30,194 bases of DNA from Chloroflexota bacterium (GCA_027593235.1 JAQCIU010000038.1:1-30194), one strand, 5' to 3'; numbered from the stretch's first letter, positions 1 through 8,734 are shown. Translations and numbers: made by a program. The notes: generated by a model from the letters alone, not told the origin.

Positions 1-15
1 AGCGCTCCCCGGGCT

Positions 16-900
16 CTAGGGGCGGTGAGGGGCTTTGCGCTGGGCGATGGTGGCGGCGGTGATGTGAGCGCGGTCGGCGAGGGGGGTGGGGAGGGGCGGG
101 AGGGTGACGGGTTCGCGGAGGCGGTGGGAGAGGGCGGCGGCGAGGAGGTGGTCGAGGAGGGCAGGGTTCTTGGGGAGGACGGATCCGTGGAGGTAGGTGC
201 CGATGGCCTGGCGGTAGACGGCGCCTTCTGATCCGTCCTCGCCGTTGTTGCCGCGGCCGGCGCGGACGTGGCCGAAGGGGCGAGCGGCGGGAGCGAGGTA
301 GGTGCGACCGGCGTGGTTTTCGAAGCCGACGACTTCGCCGATGCCAGGGACGGCGCTTTCGATGAGGACGTCGCCGACGGCGCGGGCGGCGCGGGGGCCG
401 GGGGCGACCGAGGTGACATCGAAGATGCCGAGGCCGGGGATGATGGCGCCGTGCTGGTCGCGGTACCAACGGCCGAAGAGCTGGAAGCCGCCGCAGACGA
501 CGAGCATGGCGGTGTCGTCTTCGACCCAGGCGCGAAGGGTGTCGCCGCGGGTGAGGAGTTCGGGACCGATGCGGTGTTGTTCACGGTCCTGGCCGCCACC
601 GATAAGGAGCAGATCGGCGGCGGGCGGGAGCGGGTCGCCGAGACTGACGGCGAACTCCTCGATGGCGATGCCGCGTTCGGCGGCGCGGTGGCGGATAGCG
701 ATGAGGTTGCCGCGATCGGCGTAGACGTTCATGACGTCGGCATAGAGGGCGACGACACGGATGGGTGGCGCGTCCGCGAGCGCGGCGGCGGTGAGCAGGC
801 GGGGCGTCGCGGCCACGTCGCCCTCGGGGGTCGCGACTGGCGTCGTCAGGACGCTGTCTTCGAGGCTCGCGGGGGCTTCAGGGGTGGTCACGGCGGTCAT
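16..900 (-). CDS. gatD: Type 1 glutamine amidotransferase, GatD/CobQ-like (partner of MurT)
   Basis: Motifs NVYADRGN, IGGGQDREQ, VCGGFQL (nucleophile Cys), GFENHAGRT, TYLHGSVLPKNP; 4-nt overlap with the upstream Mur ligase gene. Confidence 0.9.
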   Translation of the reverse strand: MTAVTTPEAPASLEDSVLTTPVATPEGDVAATPRLLTAAALADAPPIRVVALYADVMNVYADRGNLIAIRHRAAERGIAIEEFAVSLGDPLPPAADLLLIGGGQDREQHRIGPELLTRGDTLRAWVEDDTAMLVVCGGFQLFGRWYRDQHGAIIPGLGIFDVTSVAPGPRAARAVGDVLIESAVPGIGEVVGFENHAGRTYLAPAARPFGHVRAGRGNNGEDGSEGAVYRQAIGTYLHGSVLPKNPALLDHLLAAALSHRLREPVTLPPLPTPLADRAHITAATIAQRKAPHRP

Positions 901-2336
901 GCGGTACCTCGCGCGCGTTCCGGAGATTCCCAGTAGGAGGCGGTGCCGGCGCGGCGGGCGAGCGCTTCGCGGACGTCGAGCATGGCGGTGTAGGTGGCGA
1001 CAACATCGAGGCGGGCGCCGACGGGGGTGACTTCGAGGGCGCGGTCGAGGGCGGCCTCGGTGCTACTGAGGACCGCGTGGGGCTCGATACCGGCGAGGTG
1101 CCAGCGGAGCGCGAAGTCATCGGCGCGATCGCCGCCGGCGATCAGGGTGGGGGCGCGCGGGGCGAGGAGTTCGAGGTCGGCGTCGTAGATCCAGGAGACG
1201 TCCTGCCCGTCCTGGATGCCGTCGTTGAGCATGGCGAGGATGGTGAGCGGGCGCTCCGAGGCGGCAAGGGTGCGGATCACTTCGTTGAGGCCGGCGGGGT
1301 TCTTGGCGAGGAGGACACGCACGGTCTTGTCGCCGAGGGTGAAGCGTTCCTGGCGGCCGAACGGCGCTGCGGCGTCCTCCAACGCGGCAACGATGACCTC
1401 GGTGGACACGCCGAGCGCGTGTGCCGCGGCCGCGGCGGCGAGGGCGTTGTAGACGGTGTAGAGACCGCAGAGCGGGAGGGTGATGGTGACCGGCTCACCG
1501 GCGATCGCGAGGTCGACGATGGAGCGATCTTCCTCGAGGACGATGCGGCGTGCGCTGACGTCCGGGGCGGGGCGAGCGCGGCCGCAGCAGTCGCAATGCC
1601 AGATGCCGACGTGGCCCATGTAGACGGCGTCGTAGCGGTAGCGGGTGCCGTCGGGGCAGAAGCGAGCGTCGCTGGCGTGATCGGCAGTGGCGAGCGCCAT
1701 CGCGGGATCGTCCACCCCGAAGGTGATGACGGGGCGCCCGGCGGCGAGTTCGGCGAGGAGGGCGATGTTGGGATCGTCGGCGTTGAGAACGAGCGTTTGC
1801 GCCGGAGTCCTTCCGTCGGTGGGGGGCGCGGTCGCGAGCATGGTTCGCCAGCCGGAAGCGACGGAGTCGACTTCGCCGTAGCGATCGAGCTGATCGCGGA
1901 AGAGGTTGAGGAAGGTAGCGACGCGCGGGTGGAGGCGCGGGAAGAGCGCTGGGAGGGCAGCTTCATCGACCTCGAAAACGCCGATGCGATCGGCGCGGCG
2001 ATCGAGGTCACCTCGCGGATCGACTTCGCCGACGTAGGCGGCGGCGAGGCCGCGCTCCATGTTGGAGCCGGCGCGGTTGGCGAGGGGATCGAGGCCGGCA
2101 CGGGTGAGGATCGCGGCGAGCAGGTGGGCGGTGGTGGTTTTGCCGTTGGTGCCGGTGACGGTGACGAGGCCGTGCGGCAGATCGGCGGCCAGCTCATCGA
2201 GGAGGCGCGGGGCGATCGCCCCGGCGACGAGGCCGGGCAAGGCCGTGCCGCCGCCACGTCCGAGGCGGCGGGTAGCGGCGCCAGCACCTCGGCCGGCGAT
2301 CAGGGCAACGCGGCTACGCCAGGACGGGGGAGTCAT
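897..2336 (-). CDS. murT: MurT-type Mur ligase with C-terminal DUF1727-like domain (lipid II isoglutaminyl synthase subunit)
   Basis: GGGTALPG, VTGTNGKTTT P-loop, FEVDEA, NLFRDQLDRYGE, NADDP, LAKNPAG, DGQDVSWIYDAD; coupled to gatD. The ATG at 2336 is my preferred start over 2366. Confidence 0.9.
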   Translation of the reverse strand: MTPPSWRSRVALIAGRGAGAATRRLGRGGGTALPGLVAGAIAPRLLDELAADLPHGLVTVTGTNGKTTTAHLLAAILTRAGLDPLANRAGSNMERGLAAAYVGEVDPRGDLDRRADRIGVFEVDEAALPALFPRLHPRVATFLNLFRDQLDRYGEVDSVASGWRTMLATAPPTDGRTPAQTLVLNADDPNIALLAELAAGRPVITFGVDDPAMALATADHASDARFCPDGTRYRYDAVYMGHVGIWHCDCCGRARPAPDVSARRIVLEEDRSIVDLAIAGEPVTITLPLCGLYTVYNALAAAAAAHALGVSTEVIVAALEDAAAPFGRQERFTLGDKTVRVLLAKNPAGLNEVIRTLAASERPLTILAMLNDGIQDGQDVSWIYDADLELLAPRAPTLIAGGDRADDFALRWHLAGIEPHAVLSSTEAALDRALEVTPVGARLDVVATYTAMLDVREALARRAGTASYWESPERARGTA

Positions 2337-2468
2337 TTCGACGATGCGGCTACGCCGCGGGGGCAACCTCGCATGCGCTCATTGTCACACGCGAGGTGCG
2401 CGGACGGGCGTTCGGCGGGCATTGTCCCAGGGGTGCCCCGCAAGGGGGGAGCCGCGGGGTGGCGGCGG

Positions 2469-3053
2469 CTACTCGAGGTGGGCGTGGTCGTTGATGGCGC
2501 CGAGGACGGGTGGGTCGAAGCTTTCGACGACGGTGAAGCCGGTATTGGCGAAGTTGACGCGGGGGAGGTTCGCGGGCGCGAGACCGAAGAGTTCACTGAG
2601 GATGGCGTGGACGGTGCCGGCGTGCGCGACGACGAGGGCGCGCTGGTCGCGGTGACGCTCGTGCAGTTCGAGTACGAACGGCAGGAGGCGGGCGCGGAAA
2701 GTTTCGATCAGCTCCTCGTTGGGGATGTGGCCCTCGCCGCGGGGGGTGCCGTGGCCGAAGCGTTCGGCGATCTGGTGACGGGTGAGGCCTTCGGCGTCAC
2801 CCCAGGAACGTTCGCGCAGGGCGGCGTTTTCGACGACCTCGATGTTGCTGGCGGCGGCGATGATCCGGGCAGTTTCGGACGCCCGGCTGAGGTTGCTGGC
2901 GTAGATGGTGTCGACGCGCGTGGCAGCAAGGCGGACGGCGGCACGGCGTGCCTGATCGCGCCCGAGGTCGGTCAGCGGGTAGTCGCGCCAGCCACCGATC
3001 ACGCCGGTGGCGTTTCTGACGGCCTGACCATGCCGGATGAAGACGAGCGTCAC
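2469..3053 (-). CDS. Histidine phosphatase (phosphoglycerate mutase-like) family protein
   Basis: N-terminal IRHG, SNLSRASETA, LRERSWG, VAHAG; GGAGG upstream of the GTG start. Confidence 0.9.
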   Translation of the reverse strand: MTLVFIRHGQAVRNATGVIGGWRDYPLTDLGRDQARRAAVRLAATRVDTIYASNLSRASETARIIAAASNIEVVENAALRERSWGDAEGLTRHQIAERFGHGTPRGEGHIPNEELIETFRARLLPFVLELHERHRDQRALVVAHAGTVHAILSELFGLAPANLPRVNFANTGFTVVESFDPPVLGAINDHAHLE

Positions 3054-3076
3054 CGGTCACCTCCAGCGGCGTGCGA

Positions 3077-4201
3077 CTAGACGCACTCCCAGCGGGTGTG
3101 ATCGTCGTCGAAGCGGCGGACGCGGCCGTCGGCGCGGAGAACCTCGAGGTGGGCGAGGGTCTCACCGAGCGCGCTGCGCTTCTGCCAGATGTTGAACTCG
3201 TTGAAGGGGCGGGTGTTCCAGTGGACCCGCCCGGAGATGGCGCCGGCGGTGGCGGTGCCATCGCCGATCCCGGCGAGTACTTCCTCAAGGCGATCCCCGT
3301 GGTGCGCGATCAGCTCGCGGCAGCGGCCGGGGAGGTCCTCGATGTCCCACTCGTGCGCGGGGAGTCCGCGCCGGGAGTCGAAGGCGGCGGTCTTTTCGAG
3401 GGAGGCGAGGTATTCGGCGAGCGGGGAGCGATCGGTTTCCTCGTCGTCGATGTGCATGGAGACGTTGGGGGTGATGCGCGGGAGGACGTGATCGCCGGTG
3501 AGCATGAGCTTGTGGTTGGGCTCGTAGAGGCAGAGGTGACCGGGGGTGTGGCCGGGGGTCCAGACGGCCTGGAGCACCCAGTCCCCGACCTCGAGGGTTT
3601 CGCCGTCCTGGAGCAGGCGATCGGGCTCGATGTCCATGCGGAAGCTGCGCCGCCAGCTCCGATCGGGGTCGCCGTTGCGAAGGCGACCGATGGCGCCACC
3701 GAGGAACCGCTTGAGGCCACCGGGGGACCGGAACGCGCCACCGAGGCCGATCGCGCCAGCGCGATCCGCGGCTTCGACTTCCTTGCGGGCGATGCCGTGG
3801 CGGATGAGCCAGTCGTTGGAGTGATCTTCCCAGTGCTGGAAGTCGAGCCAGCGGTGGCGGATCCACTCCCACTCACGCTCGAGCATCACCAGCTCGGCGT
3901 CGGGGGATTGTTCCTTGACCCAGCCAGCCATGCCGAGGTGATCAGGATGGGCGTGGGAGATGACCAGTCGCTGGATATCGCTCGGTCGGTGCCCGAGCGC
4001 AGCGAGGGCTTCGGTCATCGCCTGGGTGGCCTCGTTGGTGCCGTAACCGGCATCAAAGAGTGTGACGCCGTCCGGAGTTTGAAAGACGTAGGGCATGACG
4101 AAGGAGAGGCCCGGCGTGTTCATGGGCGTACGGATCTGATGGAGCCCGGGAACGATCTCCACGGTGAGGCCTCTCGCTAGTGGTGGTTGGGGCGCTGACA
4201 C
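3077..4201 (-). CDS. MBL-fold metallo-hydrolase with probable C-terminal winged-helix extension
   Basis: SHAHPDHLG, TPGHTPGH, TGDHVL, LPAH metal-ligand motifs; TACATT -10-like hexamer at 4214-4219. Confidence 0.9.
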   Translation of the reverse strand: MSAPQPPLARGLTVEIVPGLHQIRTPMNTPGLSFVMPYVFQTPDGVTLFDAGYGTNEATQAMTEALAALGHRPSDIQRLVISHAHPDHLGMAGWVKEQSPDAELVMLEREWEWIRHRWLDFQHWEDHSNDWLIRHGIARKEVEAADRAGAIGLGGAFRSPGGLKRFLGGAIGRLRNGDPDRSWRRSFRMDIEPDRLLQDGETLEVGDWVLQAVWTPGHTPGHLCLYEPNHKLMLTGDHVLPRITPNVSMHIDDEETDRSPLAEYLASLEKTAAFDSRRGLPAHEWDIEDLPGRCRELIAHHGDRLEEVLAGIGDGTATAGAISGRVHWNTRPFNEFNIWQKRSALGETLAHLEVLRADGRVRRFDDDHTRWECV

Positions 4202-4278
4202 GTATTGGGCGGAAATGTAGCGCTGTGTTCAACCGCGCGGCATCGCGAGGAGCAGCGGGTAGGCGCCGTGGGAACGAG

Positions 4279-4303
4279 AACGGGCGCCGTTGAGGCGCCC
4301 GTT
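4279..4303 (-). terminator. Probable intrinsic terminator hairpin downstream of tatA
   Basis: Perfect 10-bp inverted repeat aacgggcgcc/ggcgcccgtt with a 5-nt loop, about 25 nt after the tatA stop; the U-tract is weak. Confidence 0.6.
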
Positions 4304-4327
4304 TGGGTCATGCGCAGGTGTGGCGGA

Positions 4328-4540
4328 TCAGCCGTCAGACTTCGTGGAGTCGGCGTCGGCGGGTGCCTTCGCCTTGGTGTCCGAATCGGCGGCTTCGTCT
4401 TCGCCGCGGGCTTCCGAGCGGAACTCGCGAATCCCGCGACCCAGCGCGCCGCCGAGATCGGCAACACGCGACGCTCCAAAGAGCAGCGCGAGAATCACGA
4501 GGATGATCAGCAGTTCCTGCCAACCGAGGCTTCCGAGCAT
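4328..4540 (-). CDS. tatA: Twin-arginine translocase TatA/TatE subunit (70 aa)
   Basis: MLGSLGWQELLIILVILALLFGASRVADLGGALGRGIREFR: TM helix, FG hinge, amphipathic helix; AGGAGGA RBS before ATG 4540. Confidence 0.93.
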   Translation of the reverse strand: MLGSLGWQELLIILVILALLFGASRVADLGGALGRGIREFRSEARGEDEAADSDTKAKAPADADSTKSDG

Positions 4541-4688
4541 TGAGTCATCCTCCTCGCCGGCCATTATGTCCAGGGGATCGGCGCCGGCTGATCGTAGCAC
4601 GCGAGGCCGCTTGCAATCGCGGCGTCCAGGGGTGAGTACGCGCCACAGGCGACGCTGGATCTCGCGGGGATGATAGCGGGGAGGGTGC

Positions 4689-5003
4689 CTAGGCGGTCAC
4701 CCGCTCGACGAAGACTTCCATGATGCCGCCGCAGATCTTGTCATCACCGTCGATCGGCTCGGTGAGATCGACGACGGTGAGGCGCGGCATGCCATCGGCC
4801 ATGGTGTCCATGGCGTCTTGCCAGACCTCGGCCTCCCCGCAGCCACCGCCGATGGTGCCCTGGAAGGTGCCGTCGGGGCGCAGGAGCATGGTGGCGCCGG
4901 CTTTGCGCGGGGTGGATCCACGGGTGCGGGCGACGGTGGCGAGCACACGGGGTTCACCGGTGGCACGGGCTTCACGGATTTCGCGGAAGATTTCGCTGGA
5001 CAC
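4689..5003 (-). CDS. Stand-alone XdhC/CoxI N-terminal-domain protein (104 aa)
   Basis: LATVARTRGSTPRKAGATML, GTIGGGCGEA, ICGGIMEVFVE; GTG start at 5003 inferred. Confidence 0.88.
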   Translation of the reverse strand: MSSEIFREIREARATGEPRVLATVARTRGSTPRKAGATMLLRPDGTFQGTIGGGCGEAEVWQDAMDTMADGMPRLTVVDLTEPIDGDDKICGGIMEVFVERVTA

Positions 5004-5055
5004 CGGACCGCACTTTCGTCGGGTGCGCCGCTGTGGGCTGGGCGCGACCACGTTC

Positions 5056-5061
5056 AGTATA
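5056..5061 (-). promoter_or_regulatory. Putative -10 element (TATACT) for the small xdhC gene
   Basis: TATACT on the minus strand about 50 nt upstream of GTG 5003; the same hexamer precedes the tsaA-like gene and coaX. Confidence 0.5.
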
Positions 5062-5101
5062 ACGGGGGAGAGATCCGCTCAGGAGCGAGGTGCGTATTGC
5101 T

Positions 5102-5277
5102 ACTGAACCGACCCTAGACAAGCACGAAGGCCGATTTCTCGACCTTCGCGCCCCAGAGGGAACTGGCAGGCTCGGTGGCGACCGTTTCGTCAACCCTGAC
5201 GGGGCGAAACGGGACGCAAGAGGCAGGTTAGCACAGCACGCAAGTGCCGTGTTTATGTCGCAGCGGTCGGATTCGGT
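5102..5277 (+). ncRNA. Structured ~176-nt rod-shaped RNA, 6S RNA (ssrS)-like
   Basis: Manual fold gives a closing stem (5102-5126 with 5248-5277), an asymmetric central bubble with a GCAA-tetraloop hairpin, an irregular inner stem, and an apical helix ccgtttcgt/gcgaaacgg. Four G-U pairs favour the + strand. The identity is inferred from architecture only. Confidence 0.55.
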
Positions 5278-5364
5278 TTCGCAAACGGATCGTCAGATTC
5301 GCGCTGCCGGATGCCGCTTCCCGCACAGAGCGTTCAGCTCAAGCGAGCACTTCAGTCGGGCACT

Positions 5365-6207
5365 TCAATCGAGTTCGGGCACGCCTCGTTGGTCGCGCAT
5401 CCGCTCCCCGGAGCGGCCGCGGCGGAGCATGACGATCTCGGCGAGGATAGCGAGCGCGATCTCCTCGGGGGTTTCGGCGCCAATATCGAGGCCGATCGGG
5501 GTGCTGACGGCGGCAAGCGCGGCAGCATCGAAGCCCTCGTCGCGGAGGTGCTGGAGCACGGTGGCGGTACGCCGCTGGCTGCCGATCATGCCGAGGTAGC
5601 CGGTGGGCCGGACGACGGCGTGGCGGAGGGCGATTTCGTCCTGGCGGTGTCCGCGCGAGACGAGGACGACGTGGGCGGAACGATCGAGGGCGATCGTATC
5701 GAGTTGCTCGCCGATTTCGCCGAAGAGGACATGCTCGGCCATCGGGAAGCGCTCGCGGTTGGCGAAGTCCTCGCGATCGTCGATGACGGTGACGGCGAAG
5801 CCGAGCTGTTCGCCGAAGGTGGCGAGCGCGAGTCCGACGTGGCCACCGCCGACGACGATGAGGCGAGCAGGCGGCTCCCAGATCTGGAGCATGAGTTCGG
5901 CGTCGCCGGCACGCGATGCGTGGCGTCGCGTGGTGGTCTGGCCGTCCGGGCCGACATAGAGGGTTTCGACGGCGATCCGGGGATAGGCGGTGTGGGCCTC
6001 GATGGCGTGTTCGGCGACAGCATCGTCGACGGGCGCAGGGCCGAGGCCGCCGATCCGCGCGCCGTCCGGGCGGACGAGCAGCTTGGCACCGGGCTCGAGC
6101 CAGGGCGGATCGCCGGAGCCGGTGACGGTGGCGACGAGGACGGCGGGGCCACCCTCGAGGGCGGCTTCGATGGCCTCGGTGATGGCGATCTGAGCTTCGA
6201 TGTCCAT
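5365..6207 (-). CDS. xdhC: XdhC family molybdenum-cofactor chaperone-like protein (N-domain plus Rossmann domain)
   Basis: LIVVGGGHVG, VIDDREDFANRERFP, SRGHRQD, YLGMIGSQRR, PIGLDIGAETPEEIALAILAEI. Confidence 0.9.
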   Translation of the reverse strand: MDIEAQIAITEAIEAALEGGPAVLVATVTGSGDPPWLEPGAKLLVRPDGARIGGLGPAPVDDAVAEHAIEAHTAYPRIAVETLYVGPDGQTTTRRHASRAGDAELMLQIWEPPARLIVVGGGHVGLALATFGEQLGFAVTVIDDREDFANRERFPMAEHVLFGEIGEQLDTIALDRSAHVVLVSRGHRQDEIALRHAVVRPTGYLGMIGSQRRTATVLQHLRDEGFDAAALAAVSTPIGLDIGAETPEEIALAILAEIVMLRRGRSGERMRDQRGVPELD

Positions 6208-6246
6208 CGTCGCTCCGCTCAGCGGTGGTTGATCGATCGGGTGCGG

Positions 6247-7338
6247 CTAGAGGTTGAAGAGGATGTTGAGCACGTCGCCATCGGCGACGACGTATGACTT
6301 GCCCTCGGTGCGGAGCTGGCCGCGCTTCTTGAGTTCGGCCATGGAGCCGGCGGCAACGAGGTCCTCGTACCCGGCGACCTCGGCACGGATGAAGCCACGT
6401 TCGAGGTCGGTGTGGATGGTGCCGGCGGCCTCGGGAGCGGTTGCGCCTTTGAGGACGGGCCAGGCGCGGCACTCGTCCTCGCCGGCAGTGAGGAAGGAGT
6501 GGAGGCCGAGCAGGTCGTAGGCGAAGCGGATGGCGCGATCGAGCGGCGATTCGTCGGGCAGGCCGAGTTCGGCGCGGAACTCGGCGGCGTCGGCGGGGTC
6601 CATGGTGGCGAGTTCGGCCTCGACCTTGGCGCAGAGCGCGGCGACGGCGATCTTCTCGCCGCCGTGCCGTTCGGCGAATTCGGCCTCGATGGTCGCGGCG
6701 TCGGCGAGCTGGCCTTCACCGATGTTGACGATCACCAGTTCGGGCAGGCGGGTGACGAAGCGGTAGGCACGCAGTTCCTTCGCTTCCTCGGGGGTGACGG
6801 CGAAGGAGCGGAGGCCGGCGCCGGCCTCGATGTGGGTTTGCATGCGCTGCATGAGCTGGAGCTGGCGCTCGAGCGTGGCGCGTTCGCCGGCTTTCACCGA
6901 ACGCATCTCGGAGCCGATGCGCTCGATGCGGCGCTCGATCAGCGCGAGGTCAGCGAACTGAAGCTCGAGTTCGAGTGCTTCGTAGTCGCGGTGCGGATCG
7001 ACGGCGCCGTCCGGGTGCGGCATCGCGTCGTCCTCGAAGGCGCGGGCGACGTGGACGAGGGTGTCGAGCTGGGCGAGGTCGGCGACGAAGCGGGCGCCGG
7101 GGCCCTCGGGTCCGAAGCCGGCGACGGGGTAGTCGATCCAGCGGATTTCGGCGTAGGTCTTTTTCTTGGGTTTGAAGATGGCGGAGAGGGCGTCGACGCG
7201 GGGATCGGGCACGCGGACGGTGCCCATGTTGGGTTCGGTGGCCGAGCTGTAGGCGCCGACGGCGGCAGAGCCGCGGGTGACGGCGTTGAAGAGCGAGGTT
7301 TTGCCGCTGCGAGCGGTGCCGATGATTCCTAGTTCCAT
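6247..7338 (-). CDS. ychF: Redox-regulated ribosome-binding ATPase YchF (Obg family)
   Basis: P-loop GTARSGKTS, TEPNMG, VPDPR, NIGE (G4 variant), AAGTIHTDLERGFIRAEV, RTEGKSYVVADGD (TGS domain). Confidence 0.93.
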   Translation of the reverse strand: MELGIIGTARSGKTSLFNAVTRGSAAVGAYSSATEPNMGTVRVPDPRVDALSAIFKPKKKTYAEIRWIDYPVAGFGPEGPGARFVADLAQLDTLVHVARAFEDDAMPHPDGAVDPHRDYEALELELQFADLALIERRIERIGSEMRSVKAGERATLERQLQLMQRMQTHIEAGAGLRSFAVTPEEAKELRAYRFVTRLPELVIVNIGEGQLADAATIEAEFAERHGGEKIAVAALCAKVEAELATMDPADAAEFRAELGLPDESPLDRAIRFAYDLLGLHSFLTAGEDECRAWPVLKGATAPEAAGTIHTDLERGFIRAEVAGYEDLVAAGSMAELKKRGQLRTEGKSYVVADGDVLNILFNL

Positions 7339-7579
7339 TGCTGGTCAGTGTGTGGGTGCGGTGGGCGATGGGACAAGGAGGGGGTGTGGCCTCGGGGTGG
7401 GCGGGGGTGGCGAGGTGGGCGGCTGACTCTGTGCTGCGCGCGAGCCGCAGGTGAAGTCTCGTTCGTTGGGGGCGGCCATTTCCCGCGGGGTCACGTTGAT
7501 GCGCGACCGGCCCAGCCGCGACTGAGCCGACCTCGCGAGACGGGACAGCCCTCGGAGGCGCAGCGGCGGCGCGGCAGGC

Positions 7580-8734
7580 TCAGTCCAGGAGGCAAGCTCC
7601 GGCGAGGCGGTTGAGGTCGGCGGTGCGGGCGGCGAGGTTGTCGTTGGAGTCGAAGCCGTTGGTGACGAAGCCGACGGAGAAGCCGGTCGCGGGGTCGCCC
7701 CAGGCGATCTGGCCGCCGGCGCCGGCGTGACCGAAGGCGCGAGGCGAAGCGTTGGGGGCGAAACCTCGCTGGGCTGGGTGGTCGCCGGCAACGACGACGG
7801 CGAGGGCGCGATTGACCGGAAGTCCGTCGATGTTCTGGTGGTGCGCGCTGGTGTAGACGGTGGTGGCCATGTCGATGGTGGACTGCTTGAGCGGGGCGTG
7901 GGCGCCGGACTCCGGAACGGAGACGAGGCGCTGGTAGAAGAGGGCGAGTTCGCCGGCCCCGGCGAAGCCGCCGCCGCCCGGGGCGCCAGCGCGGCGCTGC
8001 GAGGGCAGGTTGAAGTGGAGGATGGTTTCCGGGTTGACCTCTTTCCAGCCGTCCTCCGGCATTTCGGGGGGCTGCAAGTAGACGATGTCGGCGAGGCGTT
8101 GCTGCTGGTCGTCGGGGACACCGACGAGGAGGTCGGGGAGGGCCATCGGGTCGAGCAGACGCTGGCGGAGGTAGTCGCGGAAGTCGAGGCCGGTGCGCTG
8201 GGTGATGATCTCGGCGATCACCCAGTGAGCGGCGGTGGCGTGATATTCGAAGCGGCTGTCGGGCTCCCAGGTGAGGCGCCAGTACTCCATGCGTTCGTTC
8301 CGCAGAGCACGATCCTCCCAGAGCTTCGGGTGCATCGGGGCGTACGGGAATCCGGCGGTGTGGGTGAGGATTTGCCTCACGGTGACGATGTCTTTGCCGT
8401 GCGTTTTGAAGGCGGGGACGATGTCGGCGACGTGCTCGTCGATGTTGAGCTGGCCGTCCTCGATGAGTGCCCAGGCGGCGGCGCCGACGATGCCTTTGGT
8501 GGCGGAGAAGAGGCAGAAGAGGGTGTCGTCGGTGGCCGGTTGTTCCTCGCCAGCCTGGACGGCGGAGCCGTAGGTGGCGATGCCGGCGAGTTTGCCGTAG
8601 CGGGCGACGGCGATCTGGGCGGCGGGCAGGCCGGCGTCGACGTACGAGCGGACGCGGCTGTTGAGGGTGGCGAGCGCGGTGGGGTCGATGCCGATTGAGG
8701 TCGGGTCGGGGGCGATGAATTCGGCGGCGATCAT
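7580..8734 (-). CDS. Serine hydrolase, beta-lactamase class C/PBP-like family
   Basis: SxxK motif FSATKG, LTHTAG, FEYH, FGHAGAGG; GAGGAG RBS before ATG 8734; no signal peptide evident. Confidence 0.9.
   Translation of the reverse strand: MIAAEFIAPDPTSIGIDPTALATLNSRVRSYVDAGLPAAQIAVARYGKLAGIATYGSAVQAGEEQPATDDTLFCLFSATKGIVGAAAWALIEDGQLNIDEHVADIVPAFKTHGKDIVTVRQILTHTAGFPYAPMHPKLWEDRALRNERMEYWRLTWEPDSRFEYHATAAHWVIAEIITQRTGLDFRDYLRQRLLDPMALPDLLVGVPDDQQQRLADIVYLQPPEMPEDGWKEVNPETILHFNLPSQRRAGAPGGGGFAGAGELALFYQRLVSVPESGAHAPLKQSTIDMATTVYTSAHHQNIDGLPVNRALAVVVAGDHPAQRGFAPNASPRAFGHAGAGGQIAWGDPATGFSVGFVTNGFDSNDNLAARTADLNRLAGACLLD

Noticed and set aside
1077-4180. Long + strand ORFs 1077..3080 (667 aa) and 3071..4180 (369 aa), and similar ones such as 6412..7332, 7727..8698, 10334..11374 and 23682..25154
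   Set aside because: They are antisense shadows of well-supported genes, expected at high GC, with no recognisable motifs.
5150-5235. Moco, cobalamin, c-di-GMP-I or T-box riboswitch (fragments AGGGAA, GGGACGCAA, GGTGGCGACCG; xdhC context)
   Set aside because: Only isolated words match. The other conserved elements are missing and no + strand gene lies downstream. A cmscan run is still needed.
5090-5599. 169-aa + strand ORF across the xdhC intergenic region
   Set aside because: No family motif, it overlaps xdhC antisense, and the region is better explained by RNA structure.
7345-7579. G-rich spacer between ychF and the serine hydrolase (also 8740-8895) as a possible MITE or sRNA
   Set aside because: Only short imperfect inverted repeats; no second copy, terminal repeats or target duplication seen.
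7580-8734. Antibiotic-resistance call for the serine hydrolase or the MBL-fold gene at 3077-4201
   Set aside because: Neither has a signal peptide; both resemble general cytoplasmic hydrolases of these folds.
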